A stretch of DNA of 64,000 bases. Origin: an uncultured Bacillota bacterium. Lineage in GTDB: Bacteria > Bacillota > Clostridia > Christensenellales > UBA1242. The notes below the pieces were generated by a model that worked only from the letters and a program-made list of their open reading frames with translations, ran no database searches and was not told where the DNA came from. Below, in pieces: positions 58,844 to 64,000 of the stretch. The translations under genes and the position numbers were made by a program. Positions within the stretch are counted from its first letter, which is position 1, and the number at the start of each line of letters is the position of its first letter. The DNA lies in the NCBI GenBank assembly GCA_900551705.1, contig URWY01000001.1, positions 87,953-151,952 on the forward strand, written 5' to 3'.

Positions 58844-59972
58844 AATTATTATTTAAGTTTTTTATGTAGCATCTTCTGCGTTTATGCCTTTCATGTTTAA
58901 AGTTTTTCCATTGATTTTGTATTCTTGAATTATCTTCTAAATTTAAGTTTGTTTCGCACCATTTAATGTCTAAGTCAATCATTGAATCAATAAAAAATTT
59001 CATTATAAGTGCATTTACGCCTTTTGCTCTATATTCTGGAAGAACCCCAGTGAGAGCAAGGTCTACGCCTTCTGGTTTTTTAATTGCTTTAAAAATTTTT
59101 AGTATTGCAGGGTGAATAATCTTTCCCTTTGTTTTTTGAATAACTTTTGTAATTGAAGGAATTGCAAAACCAAAAGCGACAACTTTATCGTTTTCATCAA
59201 CTATTGTCATAAATAATTTTTGATTTAGAAACAATCTAAATTGTGAAATGATTTGATTTCTAAGTTTGTCTGTGAAAGGGATTGTTCCGTAAAGTGGAGC
59301 GTAAACTTCGTCAACAACTGCAAAAATGCCGTCTTTGTATTTATTTATGTATTCAGTCATATTTTTTGCTGTGCCGTATCTCAAATTATATTTTTTCATA
59401 ACGGCTTCTGCAATTCTGTTTACTCTTTCATTATGTGCTGCTGGTTTGTAAAGTTTATATTCAACATAATCAACTTCTTTCGCATAACCGCATTTTTCCA
59501 TCAATTCTGGATAATATGGATAGTTGTATTGTTCTTCAAAAGTTGACAATTTGTCAAAACCTTCAATAAGCATTGCTTCGCGGTCTAGGTCGTTAAAACC
59601 GAGTGGACCATGAACCAAATTCATACCTTTTTCGCGAGCGTAGTTTTCAACTGCATAAAAAAGTGCTTTGGCGACTTTTTCATCATTAATGCAGTCAAAT
59701 CTTGAAAATCTAACACGCTTTTCGCCAGTTTTATCGTTATATAATTTTTGAATAATGCCAGCAATTCTGCCAACTACTTTGCCATTTTCTTTAGCTAAAA
59801 AATATTTTGCTTCGCAATCTTCATAAGAAACATTTTTTTTAGGGTCAAACATACTTAATTCGTCTGCTGTGATTGCTGGGCAAAAATATGGATTATTTTT
59901 ATATAATTTATTAGGAAATTCAACAAATTCTTTTCTTTCTTTTTTTGTTTTTACTTCAATTATTTCAATCAT
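58842..59972 (-). CDS. uncharacterised GNAT-fold-like protein
   Basis: ORF track starts at TTG 59999. ATG 59972 has AAAGGTG upstream and gives MIEIIEVKTKKERKEFVEFPNKLYKNNPYF... This is a conserved Firmicute/Bacteroidete family usually annotated as N-acetyltransferase. Function unknown. Confidence 0.5.
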   Translation of the reverse strand: MIEIIEVKTKKERKEFVEFPNKLYKNNPYFCPAITADELSMFDPKKNVSYEDCEAKYFLAKENGKVVGRIAGIIQKLYNDKTGEKRVRFSRFDCINDEKVAKALFYAVENYAREKGMNLVHGPLGFNDLDREAMLIEGFDKLSTFEEQYNYPYYPELMEKCGYAKEVDYVEYKLYKPAAHNERVNRIAEAVMKKYNLRYGTAKNMTEYINKYKDGIFAVVDEVYAPLYGTIPFTDKLRNQIISQFRLFLNQKLFMTIVDENDKVVAFGFAIPSITKVIQKTKGKIIHPAILKIFKAIKKPEGVDLALTGVLPEYRAKGVNALIMKFFIDSMIDLDIKWCETNLNLEDNSRIQNQWKNFKHERHKRRRCYIKNLNNN

Positions 59973-60038
59973 AAATGCACCTTTTGTTAAAATTAGCAAA
60001 CTGATTGTAACATATTAAAAGATTAAAATAAAGTGTTT

Positions 60039-60386
60039 TTACAAAAAAAGTTTTTCTCCAATAAAAACTTGTTTAACATCGTTTAGTGATTTGATTTCAT
60101 TCACATTAATGTTATATAAATTTGCGATGCTGCTGAGAGTTTCGGTTGGTTGAACGATATGGCAATATTGAGATGATGGTGGAATTATTAACACATCACC
60201 AAAACTAACATTTTTGAGTTTGCCGTTTAAAAGATTAAATTCAGAAACATCGAAGTTGAATTTTTTCGCAAAATTTTCTGAATCAAAAACGCCATTTTCA
60301 AGAGTGTATACCTCGTCACTTTTTTTAACTCGATAGAACCAAGGTTGATAGTTGTTATATAAACTTATTTTCATAAAATTCTCCAA
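60039..60386 (-). CDS. LysM domain-containing protein
   Basis: 115 aa. The C-terminal YCHIVQPTETLSSIANLYNINVNEIKSLNDVKQVFIGEKLFL fits the LysM consensus. No signal peptide. Confidence 0.75.
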   Translation of the reverse strand: MENFMKISLYNNYQPWFYRVKKSDEVYTLENGVFDSENFAKKFNFDVSEFNLLNGKLKNVSFGDVLIIPPSSQYCHIVQPTETLSSIANLYNINVNEIKSLNDVKQVFIGEKLFL

Positions 60387-60469
60387 TTAATAAAATATAT
60401 ATTCATCAAAATGCAAATTTTGAACTTAAAATAAAAAGTTTTTTGTTGAAATTTTGGTGATATTCAAAT

Positions 60470-62029
60470 TTGCTTTCTAATATATTTAAACGAGAGGAAA
60501 TTTTGAAATCACTTTTTAAAACGGTTGCATATATAACCATATTTTCAATTATAACCCGCGCACTTGGGTTTATTTTTCGAATATATCTATCAAGAGCATT
60601 AGGAGCAGAAGCATTAGGTTTGTATCAGGTTTCTATTTCTGTTTTTATGGTTCTTTTAACAGTTGTAACTTCTGGAATGCCGGTTGTTATTTCAAAACTA
60701 ACAGCAAAATATTATGCACAAAATGATAAAAAATCAGAAGGCAGTTTGATGACAACTGCGCTTTTAATATCGCTTATTACATCAATAATTTTAATTGCTT
60801 TTGTGTTTATATTTAAAGGATTATTTTCCAAAATTTTCGCAGATGATAGATGTTATACTATCTTGCTTGTTATGTTGCCTGCAATTTTATGCAGTGCTAT
60901 TTACAATGTTTTTCGCGGTGCAATGTGGGGACATTCCAACTATTTTTGCTATTGCATAACAGAACTCTTTGAACAAGTTGCAAGGATTGCAATTTGCGTG
61001 TTTATGTTATCGTTTGGATTCACATCACTCAACCCATCAATAAGTGCTGGTTTGTCGTTGACGATTGCGGCTGTATTATCGGCGATTTTAGCAATGGTTT
61101 TGTATTTTGTTTATGGCGGAAGGTTGAACAAGCCAAATGATATTTATAAGGAAATTTTGAAGTCGTCAACTTCTATAACTGGTGTTAGAGTGGCATCAAG
61201 TTTGGTGCAACCAATTATTGCTCTTATCATTCCTGCTAGACTTATTTCCGCAGGTTACACTAGCGCACAAGCGATGAGTATTTTTGGAATTGCACTTGGA
61301 ATGACAATGCCACTGTTATTTATTCCTGTCACGCTTGTTGGTTCGCTCTCAATGGTTCTAATTCCTGACATTTCAACTGCTATTGTAAAAAACGACACTG
61401 AACATGTTAATAACAGAATTTCATCATCAATTTTGTTCACGCTTATAATTACATTCTTGATGATACCTTTGTATATTGGCGCAGGGGATAATATTGGTTT
61501 GTTTTTCTATGATAATTTGCAAAGCGGACAACTGCTTGCAGCTGCTGCCTGGACAATGCTTCCTTTTGCGCTTATTAACATAACTTCGTCGATTTTAAAT
61601 GCTCTTGGGCTTGAAGTGAAATCGTTTGTAAACTATATTGTCGGTTCAATATTCATGTTTATTTGCATAATTTTCTTGCCAAAATTAATTGGAATTAGAG
61701 CGCTTATTTTAGGAATGGGTTCATGCGTAACTGTTGCATCTCTTTTAAATATTAGAATGATAAAAAAGAAAACAAATTTAAAACTAAATTTGTTTAAGCC
61801 TATTTTAAAATTGTCGATAATTTCATTGCCAACTGCTGCACTTACATATTTTGTGACAAGTCTGCTTTCAAACTTTATGCCATTATTTTTCAATCTTGCC
61901 ATTTCTTGCACACTCGGCGCAATAATGTTTGTTTTGCTTTGTATGGTGTTTAAAATCTTAAACATTCAAAGTATGTTTGTTGAAATAAAAACATATTTTA
62001 AATCTAAAAAGAAAAAGAAGGTTAGTTAA
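60470..62029 (+). CDS. MOP-superfamily flippase (polysaccharide biosynthesis/SpoVB/MurJ-like)
   Basis: 519 aa with about 14 TM helices. The N-terminal region ...ITRALGFIFRIYLSRALGAEALGLYQVSISVF... is typical of SpoVB/Polysacc_synt proteins. The start is uncertain (TTG 60470, or TTG 60503 after GAGAGG). Confidence 0.75.
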   Translation: MLSNIFKREEILKSLFKTVAYITIFSIITRALGFIFRIYLSRALGAEALGLYQVSISVFMVLLTVVTSGMPVVISKLTAKYYAQNDKKSEGSLMTTALLISLITSIILIAFVFIFKGLFSKIFADDRCYTILLVMLPAILCSAIYNVFRGAMWGHSNYFCYCITELFEQVARIAICVFMLSFGFTSLNPSISAGLSLTIAAVLSAILAMVLYFVYGGRLNKPNDIYKEILKSSTSITGVRVASSLVQPIIALIIPARLISAGYTSAQAMSIFGIALGMTMPLLFIPVTLVGSLSMVLIPDISTAIVKNDTEHVNNRISSSILFTLIITFLMIPLYIGAGDNIGLFFYDNLQSGQLLAAAAWTMLPFALINITSSILNALGLEVKSFVNYIVGSIFMFICIIFLPKLIGIRALILGMGSCVTVASLLNIRMIKKKTNLKLNLFKPILKLSIISLPTAALTYFVTSLLSNFMPLFFNLAISCTLGAIMFVLLCMVFKILNIQSMFVEIKTYFKSKKKKKVS

Positions 62030-62762
62030 TCCAACCTCCATCTATTGTCAAACATTGACCTGTTATGAATGATGCGTCTTCTGACGATAAAAAGTAAATT
62101 GCATTTGCAACATCGCTTGGATATCCAATTCTGCCAAGCGGAGTTTCATCTATTATCTGCTGTTTTTCTTCTTCGGAAAGTTCGCTGTTCATATCGGTAT
62201 CAATCAAACCAGGACAAACGCAGTTGACATTGATATTTGATGGGCCAAGTTCTTTTGCGAGTGATTTCATAAGCCCAATTTGACCTGCTTTACTTGCGCA
62301 ATACAAACTCTCGCAAGATGAGCCGTTCAAACCCCAAATTGAAGAAACAAACACAATTTTTCCGCTTTTTTGGTCAATCATTGATGGCAAAAATAGTTTA
62401 ATTGTGTTAAAAATGCCTTTTAAATTGGTGTTTAACATTTCGTCATAATCATTTTCAGTTAAGTCGATAAAAGGAGCAATTTTGCTTGTTCCAGCATTTG
62501 CAATTATGACATCAATTTTGCCAAAAGTTGACAAAACAGAATTAGCAACAGTTTGCATTTGACTGAAAGAAGCGACATCTGCTTTAAATGATTGAACGAT
62601 TGAACTTGGATATTTTTTGTTGAGTTCGATAATTAAATTTTTTGCTTTTTCTTCCGATTTTAGATAGGTGAAAGCAATATTGAAGCCTTTTGATGCAAAA
62701 AGTTCAACTGTTTTTTTGCCTATTCCGCGAGTTCCGCCAGTGATAAATACATTTTTATTCAT
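62022..62762 (-). CDS. short-chain dehydrogenase/reductase (FabG-like 3-oxoacyl-ACP reductase family)
   Basis: 246 aa. TGGTRGIG cofactor motif, NAG, YCASKAG catalytic motif. Confidence 0.85.
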   Translation of the reverse strand: MNKNVFITGGTRGIGKKTVELFASKGFNIAFTYLKSEEKAKNLIIELNKKYPSSIVQSFKADVASFSQMQTVANSVLSTFGKIDVIIANAGTSKIAPFIDLTENDYDEMLNTNLKGIFNTIKLFLPSMIDQKSGKIVFVSSIWGLNGSSCESLYCASKAGQIGLMKSLAKELGPSNINVNCVCPGLIDTDMNSELSEEEKQQIIDETPLGRIGYPSDVANAIYFLSSEDASFITGQCLTIDGGWIN

Positions 62763-62859
62763 AAATTTATTATATCATCACTCATGGAAAATCAAAAATA
62801 ATTTATCAAATCTTGCTTAAATAGTTTGAAAAAATCTTTTTTAATTATAAACTATTTGT

Positions 62860-63723
62860 ATGAAAAAGATTGAAATAATAGCAAGTGAAAAAGATAAAGT
62901 TTTAAATTTAGTTTCAAAAAATATTTCTGAAATCAGTTTTGCCTATGCGAATAAACTTTTGAGGCAAAAGGATATTAGGGTGGACAATAAAAAAGTTGGC
63001 GACAATGTTATGGTGCAGCCAGACAGCATTATAACTGTTTTTGTGCCAGACGATGTTATGGCTAAACAAGAAATCGCTTTTGATATAGTTTATTCAGACG
63101 ATAAGTTACTTATAGTTTTTAAACCAAAGGGCATTGAAGTGACAGGTGAAGGAATAAATCTTTCCAATCTTGTTTGCAAAAAACTTGAAAATAAAAATAT
63201 TTTTGCGCTTAATAGGCTAGACCGCAACACCGAAGGGCTTGTTTTGTTTGCTGTTGGTAAAGACAATTATAACAATATCAAAAAAAGCATGAACAAAGGT
63301 GAAATCACAAAAGTGTATATGGCGGAAGTTGTTGGAGTTCCAAAATGGGACGAATTAACAGCGGTTAATTATTTGCAAAAAGATGAAGAAAAAAGCGAAG
63401 TTAAAATTTTTGACAAACCAGTTAAAAATTCCGTTAAAATTGAAAGTCACTTTATGGTGGTAAGCAGAACCAGCGGCGGAACAAGCATTCTTGCTATTGA
63501 AATCAAAAACGGCAAAACTCATCAAATAAGGGCTCAACTTGCGCATTTAGGTTTTGCTATCGTTGGAGATGGTAAATATGGCAAAAATGCAGATAATAAA
63601 AAATTTAAGTCAAAAACTCAAAAATTAACTGCAATTAGGCTTAAATTTGCATTTAAAGATGCAAGTTTAAGATATTTGAATGATAAAGACATAGAAGTAA
63701 AGCCAACTTGGCTGAAAGTGTAG
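62860..63723 (+). CDS. RluA-family pseudouridine synthase with an N-terminal S4-like domain
   Basis: 287 aa. LNRLDRNTEGLVLFA (catalytic Asp motif) and KTHQIRAQLAHLGFAIVGDGKYG. Confidence 0.85.
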   Translation: MKKIEIIASEKDKVLNLVSKNISEISFAYANKLLRQKDIRVDNKKVGDNVMVQPDSIITVFVPDDVMAKQEIAFDIVYSDDKLLIVFKPKGIEVTGEGINLSNLVCKKLENKNIFALNRLDRNTEGLVLFAVGKDNYNNIKKSMNKGEITKVYMAEVVGVPKWDELTAVNYLQKDEEKSEVKIFDKPVKNSVKIESHFMVVSRTSGGTSILAIEIKNGKTHQIRAQLAHLGFAIVGDGKYGKNADNKKFKSKTQKLTAIRLKFAFKDASLRYLNDKDIEVKPTWLKV

Positions 63724-63730
63724 GTATGAA

Positions 63731-64000
63731 ATGAATAGAGTTGTTGTTATCACAGGAGTGTCGTCAGGAATTGGTTTGCAACTTGCAAAAAAGTTTATTG
63801 AAAGTGGCGACAAAGTGTATGGGCTATCGCGTCATGAATTTGAACTTGAAGGTTTAAATCATATTGTTTGTGATGTTTCTTTTAGCGATGAGTGTGAAAA
63901 TGCTATAGAAAAAATTGTTGAACTGGAAGGTAAAATTGACTTGCTTATAAATAATGCAGGAATGGGAATTGCAGGTTCTGTTGAAAATACAAGCGAAGCA
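63731..64000 (+). CDS. short-chain dehydrogenase/reductase, N-terminal part (runs off the window)
   Basis: Manual translation from ATG 63731: MNRVVVITGVSSGIGLQLAKKF...LLINNAGMG (TGxxxGIG and NNAG motifs). Open to the window end. Confidence 0.75.
   Translation, partial: MNRVVVITGVSSGIGLQLAKKFIESGDKVYGLSRHEFELEGLNHIVCDVSFSDECENAIEKIVELEGKIDLLINNAGMGIAGSVENTSEA

Overview
AT-rich window from a low-GC Bacillota-type genome using the standard genetic code (very long ORFs stay open and Trp is TGG). I cannot place the organism more precisely. There is no rRNA and no CRISPR array.

Layout:
- (1) A gyrase operon on the minus strand, gyrB / GNAT / MazG-like / gyrA, with the two small genes wedged between the subunit genes.
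- (2) A ttcA-like PP-loop gene.
- (3) Two tandem giant predicted lipoprotein genes (6713 aa and 3317 aa). Together they take about 30 kb, nearly half the window. They are built from Ig-like domains and repeated GLUG-type beta-helix modules. The first ends in Listeria-Bacteroides repeats.
- (4) A TauB/SsuB-TauC/SsuC-like ABC ATPase and permease, rarA, and a HEPN-like/CBS fusion gene.
- (5) A long-type SRP RNA immediately followed by a tRNA-Arg(CCU) gene that has been split in its anticodon loop by a roughly 7.0-kb integrase-bearing element. The element carries its own intact tRNA-Arg(CCU), a xis-int pair, a GIY-YIG/zinc-ribbon gene pair sharing a C-terminal domain, a large polytopic membrane protein with a trailing micro-ORF, and a wHTH-like protein. 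A second layer of tRNA 3'-end duplication lies just downstream.
- (6) A BclA-like collagen-repeat gene and a transglutaminase-fold gene.
- (7) asnA preceded by an Asn-codon-run leader peptide and terminator, which looks like a classical attenuator.
- (8) A gpmI-rpe fusion gene, then housekeeping and envelope genes (DUF4363/DUF421, GNAT-like, LysM, MOP flippase, SDRs, RluA-type pseudouridine synthase).

Best candidates for something new: the giant lipoprotein locus, the tRNA-splitting element with a replacement tRNA and uncharacterised cargo, and the Asn leader attenuator. All family calls rest on motifs read by eye; no database search was run.
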